Below, piece after piece: positions 7,615 to 16,605 of a stretch of DNA of 24,022 nucleotides. The stretch is from a virus (Duplodnaviria > Caudoviricetes): IMG/VR virus record IMGVR_UViG_3300025838_000133, positions 1-24,022 of that record. One strand, 5' to 3'. The position numbers were made by a program, and so were the translations under genes. Below the pieces are notes generated by a model that made no database searches, had not been told where the DNA came from, and saw only the letters and a list, made by a program, of their open reading frames with translations. How positions within the stretch are numbered: the first letter of the stretch is position 1; every line of letters starts with the position of its first letter.

Positions 7615-10600
7615 ATGGGCTCGAAATGCACCCCCATCGGTGGTTACTACCCCACTACAAGTAGCACATCCAGCAGCAGTAGCGGGACAAGCACGGGCTC
7701 AACTTCACAAACAGCTAACCCACTTTCAGCGTATGCTTACGCTCAGGCTCTGCAAAACGCTGCCAAGATCGCAGCTACGCCATATCAGCCCTATCAGGGG
7801 CAGATGGTGGCAGGGTTTGCCCCTTCGCAATTGGCTGCTCAGCAAGGTTTCCAGTGTGCCGTTGGGTATGCATCCCCGTATTATACATGCGCGGCAAAGA
7901 CGTATGCCAATAGTCTAAATTATCTGAATAATCCTCAGATGAAGACTGCACAAAATCTATATAATGCATCAATTAACTATGCTAATCCGTCAAATTATAA
8001 TCAAGGCACGCTTAACCAGTATATGAACCCATACCAGCAGAGCGTTGTTTGCGCCACTATGGGTCAGCTGGAACAAACAGAGAAACAGGCTTTAGGCCAA
8101 AATGCAGCTAATTCAGTATTGCAGGGAGCATATGGTGGGTCTGGCCAGTTTTTAGGAGAGGCACAAATTGCTCAGCAGCAAGCTTTGTCAAATGCTCAAG
8201 CGTTGGCAAGCCTAAATGCTGGTAATTATGCAAATGCTCAGCAGGAATATAACCAACAACAGGGTGTAGGAATAGGCGCAAACCAAGCTGCTGCACAAGC
8301 ACTTGGTGCTTTAGGGTATCAGCAACAAGCCGCAGATATTAGCGCACTTCAAAATGCTGCTCAGGGACAGGCTGCTCTTGGTAACCAAGCACAAACCTCT
8401 TACTTGCAAGCTCTCCAACAGCTAGCGGCTTCTGGGGCAACTCAGCAACAATTGGAACAAGCACAGCTTACAAATGCCTACCAGCAATATCAGAATGCTC
8501 TCGCTTACCCATATCAGCAAACGTCTTACTTTTCAGGTCTTGCTTCTGGGCTTGGACCTTTGCTTGGTTCTAATGTAAACACCACTGGAACAAGCTCTCA
8601 AACTGGTTCTGGTTCAAATACTTCTATACAGCCGTATCAAAACCAATCTGGGGCTGGAGGTTTGGCAGGTCTAGCTACGACAGGTCTTGGTATCTTGGGT
8701 GGACTTTTAAAACTGAAAAGCGGTGGTAGTGTCACGGGTAGAAAACATTTTGCAGTGGGCGGAACAGACGGTGGAGAGACGGAGGGTGTGAATGAAATTG
8801 ATGCCGATACTCTCGCCAGTTTAATTTCACAAGAGCCTTACACTAGCAAAAGCAGCTTAGGTTCAAGCTCCAATAGCAATGAAGGCTTTGGCTCTCTTCT
8901 AGGAAACGTGCCGTATTCAAGCTCATCACCAAATAAATACATAACTAATGCTTTAAAGCTATCTAAGGTTATACCGAGTGCTAAACAGGAATCAGCTGAT
9001 AAGCTGGCTTCTGAGATAAGAAACATATTAAGCAAAATACCAGATCTACCTACAATTCCTAATGCATCGGCAGATATAACATCTTCTTTCTATGGAGCAC
9101 CTTCAGACAGTGGTGCACAAGATAGCGGTTCATCAGGGTCATCTGAATCAGGCTCTTCAGAAGGTTCTTCAAGTGGTGGTTCATCGGGTCTTGGAGCATT
9201 AGCTAGTCTTTTCAGAGGAGGAAATGGTTCAAAGACTTCTTCTGAATGCTCTACAGTAGAGGGATGCTTAAGTAATAATATCTCTTCGTTGGGGTGTCTT
9301 TCCCTTTATCGCGGCGGTAGAATTAAAAAAGATGATGGCGGATCAACGGGAGCCGCTACTAATTCTCCTCAACAGCAGGCTCAATTCCTTCAGGGATTGT
9401 ATCAGTCCGATTTTAATCGAAACCCAGACCAAGGTGGGTTCAATTATTGGATGTGCCAGTTAGGAAAGGGAGCGTCACAACAATCTGTCCAGTCTGCGTT
9501 TGCTAATTCTCCGGAAGCTCAAACTGATTTGGGTAATCTTTATCAAAGCAATCTTGGTAGAGCTCCAGATTGCGGTGGATTGTCTTATTGGACAAATCAA
9601 TTAGCTGGAGGAGAAAGTCTTAACAACATCAAGTGTGCCTTTACTCGTTCAAACGAATACGCACAATTGAATGCTTGCCAAAAATCAGCATTAGCCGCGC
9701 AAGCTGCAAACGCTGCTGCTGCATCTGCTGCACCGGCTAATAGTTATAGCGGCCTATTGGCCAAGGCAATGGCAAATAACCCTGGGCCGCAACTTACGCC
9801 TGTCCAGCAGGGTATGCCAGCGATGCCATGCCAGTCATACTACACAACCCAAACATCAAATTATAATCCTGCAAGTTTGGCATCAATTCTTGATATATCA
9901 GGGTATAACCCAAATGCGTCAACGACGTCATCTCCTGCAACATCTACGTCAACAACTACACCATCAACAACATCTGGCGGGTGTTCATCATCTACAAGTG
10001 GGTCAACGACTGGAACAAAATGCCAACCTTCTTCAAACCAGCAAATAATTACCGCTCTCTATCAGGCTTATTTGGGTAGATCTCCAGATGCTAGTGGTCT
10101 TGCATACTGGGAAAACCAAATTGCATCCGGTATGCCTTTGACGACAGTTCAGCAGCTTTTTGCCGCGTCACCCGAGACCAAGGGGTCTTCTCAGGTAGAG
10201 GGGTATTATTCAAATATCGCCAATACAAATGTCAATCCGTATACTGGATTGTATAATTTAAATTACGTTGCCCCATATAAAAGTCAGCCAAATCTTTACA
10301 ATAAAGGTGGGAGAGTTGGAAAGGCAGCGGGTGGAAGATTAAGTGTTCAGGATATCGCTCGCGCTGCATTACAGGCTGGAGCAACACCAAAAGAAGCAGC
10401 GATGCTTACGGCTATTGCCCACCCCGAAAGCGGTGGAAATCCATATGCTCACAATCCTAACGCACGAACAGGCGATAACTCATACGGTCTATGGCAAATA
10501 AATATGCTCGGCAATATGGGACCAGAGCGTAGACATCAATTTGGAATTTCTAGCAACGAAGAATTATTTGACCCAGTAACAAATGCTAGAGCTGCGTTGA

Positions 10601-13600
10601 AGTTACTCCGTGGTGGCGGAGGACTTAATAACTGGACAACATTTACGCATGGAAAACATCTACCGTATTTTGCAACGTCTGCCAACGCTGTAAACGGATT
10701 AGTTGGTAACCCAAATGCGGTTAACGCTCCTATTGCAATGCCTGAAGGAAAACCATCTAACGCACTAGGATTTGGTCCTATTTCTTCAGGAAATACTAAT
10801 AAGATTGGTTCAAATGAACAAAATCTTAATGAAGCTCTGGGTAAGTTACTTGAAGGGATTGGAACTGAAACTCCCGCTCCTCATGAAATGATGTCTCATC
10901 ACGAAGTAAAGCCTGTAGATATTATTTCCGTTAAAAATACATCTGATATTCCAACACCACAAATCACAAATAATATACCTACTGGTAGATATCTAGACTC
11001 CTTACTCGCTGCTTCACAAGACGCAGATGCTGTTAAGAGAAGCAGGGGTGGTTTTACACGCGCTAATATGCAATACGGCGGTAATCCTGACGAGGCATCT
11101 CAGCAAAATTTCTTAAGACAACAGCTTGAAGGGTCTGCCCCACAATATGATCCAGAAGCAGGAAGTGCCTCTTTAGATAAATACGGTAACTTAGCAACAG
11201 ATGTTGGGCTTGGTCTTATGGCTGCAACGGGTGTTGGAGCTCCTGTTGCCGGCCCACTGTTAGCAGCAAAGCGCGCATATAGTATCGGAAAAAGAATAGC
11301 CAATGCTCCTGAGCCAAATTTTGGTGGATTGATTGAGTATCATCCGCAAGCTCCGCGAGGTCGTCAGCCATCTCCATCTGGAGAGCCTATTACGGCTGGT
11401 ATCAACGTGCCTCGAAAGGATATGAATAGGTTTGAGGCAAACACAGAGGGTATGCGAAGAGGCATCCCAGGTAACGAGATATACAGGTGGTCTTCATTGC
11501 GTGATCCAAAGGGCAGCCAGCCTATGGATGCTATGGAGCAAGGACGCACAGGATTGTCTTGGAACCGTTGGGGTGCATACGAGCCTAACAAGGCTCCAGC
11601 ATATTTTGACGAGTATAGTTCTGTATCTGCACCTAGGGTTTCAACGGATACAGGGTCTCGATCATTAAATCGGTATGACGCTAACACCGAGGGTATGCGT
11701 CTAAATAAAGCCGGAGACGATTTATACCTAGGAAGTGTCGCCAGAGGTCCTGTAAGCAAAGGGTTTGCTCCTGAGAATATGGGATTTACACCCGCAGAAC
11801 TAGGTCAGGAGATTATGTCTGCGAGAGGACGTGGGATGTCCCCTCCTTCAAGCGGCGGTTTAGCAACTCAAACTGGCAGCATTATGCAGCCACCTAGTGG
11901 CGGTGGCGGTGGTGGCGGTCAATTGCCTCCCTACGTCCCATACGGTGAATTTACTGATGTCACAGGACATCTTTTGACAGGTTCAAGTGGTGGTGGTCGT
12001 CCTCCCATCCCTCCAGCAAATCGCAGCGGTACGGATATTGTCCCCGTTCCTAGTGGCGGAGGACGCTTTCCACGTAATATGATTACAAAGACTGCCCTGA
12101 CGATGAACCAGCCTCCGGCACAACCTTCAGTTGTCGCTGAGACGCCCACAGAGGGACGCACGGTGTTGCTTCCTCCGATGGATGTTGGGTCAAGATTTAA
12201 ACAAAAAACCAATCCAACAGTAAGTAAGGATCACAAAGAATATCACCACAATCGCCACAATGCCAAAAAGTCACCACCAAAAAGCACTGAAAAATACTGG
12301 GGTGACTGGCGCGATGTTGAGCCGTTTAACTCGGACCCAATCGGTAATTTTTTAGATACGCTTACAGGTGATGTTAAAGCGTCTAATAAACGCGGAAACA
12401 TTAATTCTCCTATGTCACCATATGCGGGTAAGGGATTGGGTAGCTTATTCTCTGATGGAGGCTCTGTAAGAGAACATTTTGAGGAAGGCGGGACGGCAGA
12501 CGCCGGAGGATTTGGATCGTTATTTAAGGACGTTTCATTTAAACCAGGGCCTCTTTCTCAGGGTTTGATTACCGCTGGGTTAGGCATGATGGCGTCTCCA
12601 TCTCACAACACGCTTCGCGCAATAGGAGAGGGTGGTTTACAAGGTATAAAAGCATATAATGCCGCCTCTCTGCTGCAACAAAAGCACAACGAAGACTTAG
12701 CTGAGATAGAAAAGAATAAAGAATTTTTTAAGTCTCTAAATTATGGGGAAAGACCTGAAACAGGGTCAAATATAACTCCTAACCTGTTAAGTCCTGTTCC
12801 GGTTGGCGGAGATACGCCTCCCCCACTTGGAAGATCGCTTGGTGGTTTAGCGCGTCACAGATACGCAGATGGCGGTGGTTCTTCTGATGATTTTGATCCT
12901 ATTGGAGATATTACAAGTGGATTGGGAAGACTTGGCGACACAATAGGAAGCGGTATAGAGGGTGTATTGAGCCCTCTGCTTTCTCTTGACCAATCTAAAA
13001 CCAGAAACAACACGCCTCTCCCTGTACGACACGGCCCGAGTCCTCTTTCTCAGGGGTTGATTACGGCTGGTCTTGGAATGATGGCATCTCCTTCTCACAA
13101 CACATTAAGAGCAATAGGAGAGGGTGGGTTGCGTGGCGTGCAAGAATATAACACTGCCAAGTCTATTCGAGACAAGCAGGATCGAGAAGAAGAAGAAAGA
13201 GCATCTAATATCAAGTTTGGCAAGGATCTTACGCCAACTCGTATTGTTCCCACCAAAGCTGTTTCGATTGACAATGTAAACCCAGTAGTCGCAACAGATA
13301 GGAATGAAACAAAACAATTAGACCCTATTGAAGCATCTATGCGTCGTATTTCTTACTTGAACTCTCATGTTCCAGAGAATGCCACGCAAAAAGAAATTCT
13401 CACTCGTCTCATAAACGAGGAGAAATATAAGATTGATCAATACAACAAGCAAAACGCTGGTGTTATAGGGATTATCGATACTGATAAATTTGGCCGTCCT
13501 GTAAGAGGCTACATCAGCGGTCCAAAGCGTGGTCAGCCGTTAAATATCGCACCTGTAGGAGGAGATAGGGTTGCCCCTACTGATAAAAACCTTCACGGTG

Positions 13601-14367
13601 AAGACCTCTTGAATACTCTTGATCAAGACATGGCTAACACAGTCAGGTCTATCGCAAGCGGTGCTACTGAATTTAAAGATACACCAAAGAACGCGACAAT
13701 TAAAAACGCGCTCCTCCAGTATGACCCTCAATTTAATACGCAACGCTTTAAGTTAAGAGACGACCTGCGCAAGAATACTCCTAACTCAATGGGTAATATT
13801 GTAAATGTTGGCAATACTGCCCTTGACCATCTGAGATTAGCCTCCGACGCAGTTGAAGATCTTCGTAAGAAAGAATACGCAGGTGGTAAATACAGAACGC
13901 TTAATTGGATTCAAGGAATAAAATCCTATGGCCCAAGTGGTTTCCCTGAACTTGAGGAATTTAATACTGCCAAGCAGCGTTTCGTAGATGAAGCTACCAA
14001 GTTTTATCGTGGCGTCGGTGGTAACTTGCACGACATTAAAGAAGCGGAAGCAAGACTAAATGCTGCGCGAAACCCAGATGAGTTACACGCAATCATACAG
14101 CAAGAGGCTAGACTTTTTGCTTCAAAAGTTAATGCTCTAAGTGATCAGTATGACAGGTCGTTCAAGTCTCCATATGTGGAATACGATAAATTCGATCCGA
14201 TAGACGAGAAGGGGCACTCGGCTTTAGATGTTATTAACAGCCGAGGACTTAAAAATGAGACGACAAAATCTCCGCAAATGTCGGGGCCAAAAGTTGGCGA
14301 TGTTATAAAGGGATATCGCTTCAAAGGTGGTGACCCTCGTGATCAAAACAACTGGGAGAAACAGTGA
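7615..14367 (+). CDS. Giant internal virion/ejection protein (2250 aa): pilot-like N-terminus, 3 DUF4214-like repeats, lytic transglycosylase, DNA-transfer-like C-terminus
   Basis: PYQPYQGQMVAGF and YMNPYQQSVV Q/A-rich N-terminus; LY...GR.PD..GL.YW repeats; AIAHPESGGNP...SYGLWQIN SLT motif; C-terminal GYRFKGGDP...NWEKQ. AAGGA RBS. Confidence 0.85.
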   Translation: MGSKCTPIGGYYPTTSSTSSSSSGTSTGSTSQTANPLSAYAYAQALQNAAKIAATPYQPYQGQMVAGFAPSQLAAQQGFQCAVGYASPYYTCAAKTYANSLNYLNNPQMKTAQNLYNASINYANPSNYNQGTLNQYMNPYQQSVVCATMGQLEQTEKQALGQNAANSVLQGAYGGSGQFLGEAQIAQQQALSNAQALASLNAGNYANAQQEYNQQQGVGIGANQAAAQALGALGYQQQAADISALQNAAQGQAALGNQAQTSYLQALQQLAASGATQQQLEQAQLTNAYQQYQNALAYPYQQTSYFSGLASGLGPLLGSNVNTTGTSSQTGSGSNTSIQPYQNQSGAGGLAGLATTGLGILGGLLKLKSGGSVTGRKHFAVGGTDGGETEGVNEIDADTLASLISQEPYTSKSSLGSSSNSNEGFGSLLGNVPYSSSSPNKYITNALKLSKVIPSAKQESADKLASEIRNILSKIPDLPTIPNASADITSSFYGAPSDSGAQDSGSSGSSESGSSEGSSSGGSSGLGALASLFRGGNGSKTSSECSTVEGCLSNNISSLGCLSLYRGGRIKKDDGGSTGAATNSPQQQAQFLQGLYQSDFNRNPDQGGFNYWMCQLGKGASQQSVQSAFANSPEAQTDLGNLYQSNLGRAPDCGGLSYWTNQLAGGESLNNIKCAFTRSNEYAQLNACQKSALAAQAANAAAASAAPANSYSGLLAKAMANNPGPQLTPVQQGMPAMPCQSYYTTQTSNYNPASLASILDISGYNPNASTTSSPATSTSTTTPSTTSGGCSSSTSGSTTGTKCQPSSNQQIITALYQAYLGRSPDASGLAYWENQIASGMPLTTVQQLFAASPETKGSSQVEGYYSNIANTNVNPYTGLYNLNYVAPYKSQPNLYNKGGRVGKAAGGRLSVQDIARAALQAGATPKEAAMLTAIAHPESGGNPYAHNPNARTGDNSYGLWQINMLGNMGPERRHQFGISSNEELFDPVTNARAALKLLRGGGGLNNWTTFTHGKHLPYFATSANAVNGLVGNPNAVNAPIAMPEGKPSNALGFGPISSGNTNKIGSNEQNLNEALGKLLEGIGTETPAPHEMMSHHEVKPVDIISVKNTSDIPTPQITNNIPTGRYLDSLLAASQDADAVKRSRGGFTRANMQYGGNPDEASQQNFLRQQLEGSAPQYDPEAGSASLDKYGNLATDVGLGLMAATGVGAPVAGPLLAAKRAYSIGKRIANAPEPNFGGLIEYHPQAPRGRQPSPSGEPITAGINVPRKDMNRFEANTEGMRRGIPGNEIYRWSSLRDPKGSQPMDAMEQGRTGLSWNRWGAYEPNKAPAYFDEYSSVSAPRVSTDTGSRSLNRYDANTEGMRLNKAGDDLYLGSVARGPVSKGFAPENMGFTPAELGQEIMSARGRGMSPPSSGGLATQTGSIMQPPSGGGGGGGQLPPYVPYGEFTDVTGHLLTGSSGGGRPPIPPANRSGTDIVPVPSGGGRFPRNMITKTALTMNQPPAQPSVVAETPTEGRTVLLPPMDVGSRFKQKTNPTVSKDHKEYHHNRHNAKKSPPKSTEKYWGDWRDVEPFNSDPIGNFLDTLTGDVKASNKRGNINSPMSPYAGKGLGSLFSDGGSVREHFEEGGTADAGGFGSLFKDVSFKPGPLSQGLITAGLGMMASPSHNTLRAIGEGGLQGIKAYNAASLLQQKHNEDLAEIEKNKEFFKSLNYGERPETGSNITPNLLSPVPVGGDTPPPLGRSLGGLARHRYADGGGSSDDFDPIGDITSGLGRLGDTIGSGIEGVLSPLLSLDQSKTRNNTPLPVRHGPSPLSQGLITAGLGMMASPSHNTLRAIGEGGLRGVQEYNTAKSIRDKQDREEEERASNIKFGKDLTPTRIVPTKAVSIDNVNPVVATDRNETKQLDPIEASMRRISYLNSHVPENATQKEILTRLINEEKYKIDQYNKQNAGVIGIIDTDKFGRPVRGYISGPKRGQPLNIAPVGGDRVAPTDKNLHGEDLLNTLDQDMANTVRSIASGATEFKDTPKNATIKNALLQYDPQFNTQRFKLRDDLRKNTPNSMGNIVNVGNTALDHLRLASDAVEDLRKKEYAGGKYRTLNWIQGIKSYGPSGFPELEEFNTAKQRFVDEATKFYRGVGGNLHDIKEAEARLNAARNPDELHAIIQQEARLFASKVNALSDQYDRSFKSPYVEYDKFDPIDEKGHSALDVINSRGLKNETTKSPQMSGPKVGDVIKGYRFKGGDPRDQNNWEKQ
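9376..10180 (+). repeat. Three DUF4214-like repeats inside the giant protein
   Basis: LYQSDFNRNPDQGGFNYWMCQL...FANSPE; LYQSNLGRAPDCGGLSYWTNQL...FTRSNE; LYQAYLGRSPDASGLAYWENQI...FAASPE. Confidence 0.8.
10336..10680 (+). other. Lytic transglycosylase (SLT-like) domain inside the giant protein
   Basis: Putative catalytic Glu in HPESGG (codon at 10426), GLWQIN, LFDPVTNARAA, WTTF. Confidence 0.85.
12550..13131 (+). repeat. Two identical 30-aa modules PLSQGLITAGLGMMASPSHNTLRAIGEGGL (12550-12639 and 13042-13131)
   Basis: Identical at protein level; 12 of 30 codons differ, all synonymously. Confidence 0.95.
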
Positions 14368-16097
14368 TGGCTGGCCCTTGGGAGGATTACCAAAATATAG
14401 AAGGTCCTTGGACGGAGTATCAAAAGGCTTCTAATGAGGAAACTCCTAAAACAAACCAAGGGTGGCGAGGCGATGTCGCGGCTGCTATGCGCGGTGCCCG
14501 CGAGCAGATACCATTTGGTAGGGACTTGGGGGCTTTACTAAAGTCTTATACTAATAACGTCCCATTTGAAGAAGAAAAAAGAAGACAGGAAGCGAGAGAC
14601 GCCGCTCTGGCAAAAGAACACCCTTGGTCGTATGGGGCTGGCGAAGTTGCTGGCGGTATTGGAACTGTTTTAGCTCCTGAGTTAGCTGGAATAGGAATGG
14701 CTAGCAAGGCTTTAAAGGGCGAGCAAGCTGTCGCCAAAGCCTTAACGCCGTATTTGGGAACGACTGATGCCAAAATCGCTACTGCATTAGGCAGCGGCAT
14801 GGCGTCAGGAGCGGCTCAGGGTGCTGTACACGGCTTGGGGACAGGCACGTCTCTTGACGAAAGACTTGGACACGCTGCTGAAGAGGCTGCTGTTGGAGCC
14901 CCACTAGGATTAGCTGGAACAGCACTAGGACACGCCGCGTCAAGAGGCTTGCGTAAGGCTGGAGAGATGGCTGGTAGGGTCGCTCCGCTTCCTAAGGGTC
15001 CTACTTCAGAAGAAATCCTGAGACGTGGTTCGGCGGCATACGACTTAGCAAGAGCACAGGATCTTTTTATCGGAGCTCCTCACGTTGCCAGTATGGTTAA
15101 TAATTTAGAGGGTAAACTTGCCAGAGAAGGCTACCGTCCGAAACTACACCCAAAAATAGGGCCTGCTCTGGATGAATTACGAAGCCACAGCGGTGCTATG
15201 ACACTGGATGACTTGGATCAGATTTACAGATTAACTAGATCTGCGGCTGTAGACTGGACAGACAGAGACCAGCAAAGAATAGCAGGAATATTCAGAGGTC
15301 ACATTAATAATTTCTTGGATACGCTACACCCAACACAGACTTGGAGTAGGACGGGCAGTCCAACAGCTGCTGTTTCATCTCTTAAGCAGGGCCGTCAGCT
15401 TTGGAAGCAAGGCAGGAAGATGGAGCAAATCCAAGAAATGATTAACGCCGCTAAAGACAGAGCTCAGACATCTGGCACAGGCGGAAACTATAACAACACA
15501 CTTCGTCAAGAGGCACGCAAATTACACAACGAGGCAAAAAGACACCCTCGTATGTGGACTACAGACGAATTGCAGGCACTCAAAGAATTATATGGCGGCA
15601 CAATTTCTCAAAATACTGCCAGACTGTTGGGGCGGTTCTCACCCGCTCACCACCCTTTAATCGGAACGGCTGAAGTAATCGCTGGATTATCTAACCCTAC
15701 GGCTGCTCTTGGTATGGCTGCTGCCGGTCTTGGGGCTCACGTGGCAGAGGATCAACTGACAAATATGGCTAAGAAAAACTTAGTAAATATTGTTGCAGCC
15801 AAAGGCGATAAATCAAGAGTTCCTCAATTAAATCCAATAGAATCTCTTGTTGGACGCCAAGCAGGAGCTATCGGTGTTCCTTCTTTCATGGCGTCTCCAG
15901 AAGAGCATGAAGACGACAGAGGGCCATACGCCAGCGGCGGTTCAGTAAAGAAAAGAGATTACCCTGCTAAAAGATTAACGCGCATGGAGAAGGCTGTTAA
16001 GAGAGCACAGGATGCTATTGCACTTGAGACGAAGCCTCTAATGAACCAGCCTGATCATGTTATTGCCCAAGCTCTGGAAATAGCCAAGGTGAAATAA
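14367..16097 (+). CDS. Internal virion / DNA ejection protein
   Basis: MAGPWEDYQ..GPWTEYQ start; Gly/Ala-rich hydrophobic helices; YASGGSV motif near the C-terminus; TGATG coupling to the giant gene. Confidence 0.8.
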   Translation: MAGPWEDYQNIEGPWTEYQKASNEETPKTNQGWRGDVAAAMRGAREQIPFGRDLGALLKSYTNNVPFEEEKRRQEARDAALAKEHPWSYGAGEVAGGIGTVLAPELAGIGMASKALKGEQAVAKALTPYLGTTDAKIATALGSGMASGAAQGAVHGLGTGTSLDERLGHAAEEAAVGAPLGLAGTALGHAASRGLRKAGEMAGRVAPLPKGPTSEEILRRGSAAYDLARAQDLFIGAPHVASMVNNLEGKLAREGYRPKLHPKIGPALDELRSHSGAMTLDDLDQIYRLTRSAAVDWTDRDQQRIAGIFRGHINNFLDTLHPTQTWSRTGSPTAAVSSLKQGRQLWKQGRKMEQIQEMINAAKDRAQTSGTGGNYNNTLRQEARKLHNEAKRHPRMWTTDELQALKELYGGTISQNTARLLGRFSPAHHPLIGTAEVIAGLSNPTAALGMAAAGLGAHVAEDQLTNMAKKNLVNIVAAKGDKSRVPQLNPIESLVGRQAGAIGVPSFMASPEEHEDDRGPYASGGSVKKRDYPAKRLTRMEKAVKRAQDAIALETKPLMNQPDHVIAQALEIAKVK

Positions 16098-16216
16098 TGA
16101 ACCCCAACCCATACGAACTTGCATATCAAATAATGAAATGTGTTTGTATTGTCGTAGTAATTATCTACGCATTCAGGGTTGGCAGAATAATACACGATAT
16201 GATGTTATATTATTAA
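16097..16216 (+). CDS. 39-aa single-TM peptide
   Basis: MNPNPYELAYQIMKCVCIVVVIIYAFRVGRIIHDMMLYY; ATG overlaps the upstream TAA. Confidence 0.5.
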   Translation: MNPNPYELAYQIMKCVCIVVVIIYAFRVGRIIHDMMLYY

Positions 16217-16239
16217 TAATGTAACATAACGAGGCTGTC

Positions 16240-16326
16240 ATGATTAGCGAAGCATTTAGAATGCTTGTTATGCTAGTCTTTTATATCATGTTATTATTTA
16301 CCGCAGCTATAATATTCTTTCGATGA
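16240..16326 (+). CDS. 28-aa single-TM peptide
   Basis: MISEAFRMLVMLVFYIMLLFTAAIIFFR; GAGG RBS at 16231. Confidence 0.5.
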   Translation: MISEAFRMLVMLVFYIMLLFTAAIIFFR

Positions 16327-16336
16327 GGAGGAAAGC

Positions 16337-16525
16337 ATGAACGCGTTTAAACAGTGGCTTTATGATCGACTAGTAGAACAATCCACTTGGACGGGCATCG
16401 GCACTATCATAGCAACGATGACCTTTATTCCTGATAGCAAACAGATAGGCGACCTTGTTCCCACTATTGGTTTGCTTGTTGTCGGAATTATAAAGATTGT
16501 TATGCCGGAAAATGTAAAGTCATAA
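16337..16525 (+). CDS. Putative holin (2 TM segments)
   Basis: DRLVEQSTWTGIGTIIATM and TIGLLVVGIIKIVMPE; strong GAGGAGG RBS. Confidence 0.65.
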   Translation: MNAFKQWLYDRLVEQSTWTGIGTIIATMTFIPDSKQIGDLVPTIGLLVVGIIKIVMPENVKS

Positions 16526-16605
16526 AATATTCAATGATTTGTGATAAAATATACTCTCTACAGTGCTAGACAATAAAAACGTAATAGCAAGGGCGGAGAA
16601 AAAGT

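Noticed and set aside
11899-11919. (GGC/GGT)n run as a contingency repeat or seventh GG linker
   Set aside because: In-frame mixed-codon poly-Gly in a Pro-rich context, lacking the basic spacer of the paired motif.
12550-13131. Direct repeat as a DGR template/variable pair or CRISPR-like repeat
   Set aside because: Differences are all synonymous and not adenine-specific; there are only two copies, and no reverse transcriptase or cas gene is present.
7615-14367. Calling the giant ORF a tape-measure protein
   Set aside because: No siphophage/myophage tail tube, chaperone or baseplate genes nearby. The adaptor-tube-GNAT-ejection gene order fits a short-tailed phage.
7556-14800. Many 60-130-aa alternative-frame and antisense ORFs within the ejection genes
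   Set aside because: They overlap long motif-bearing genes and have no recognisable features of their own.
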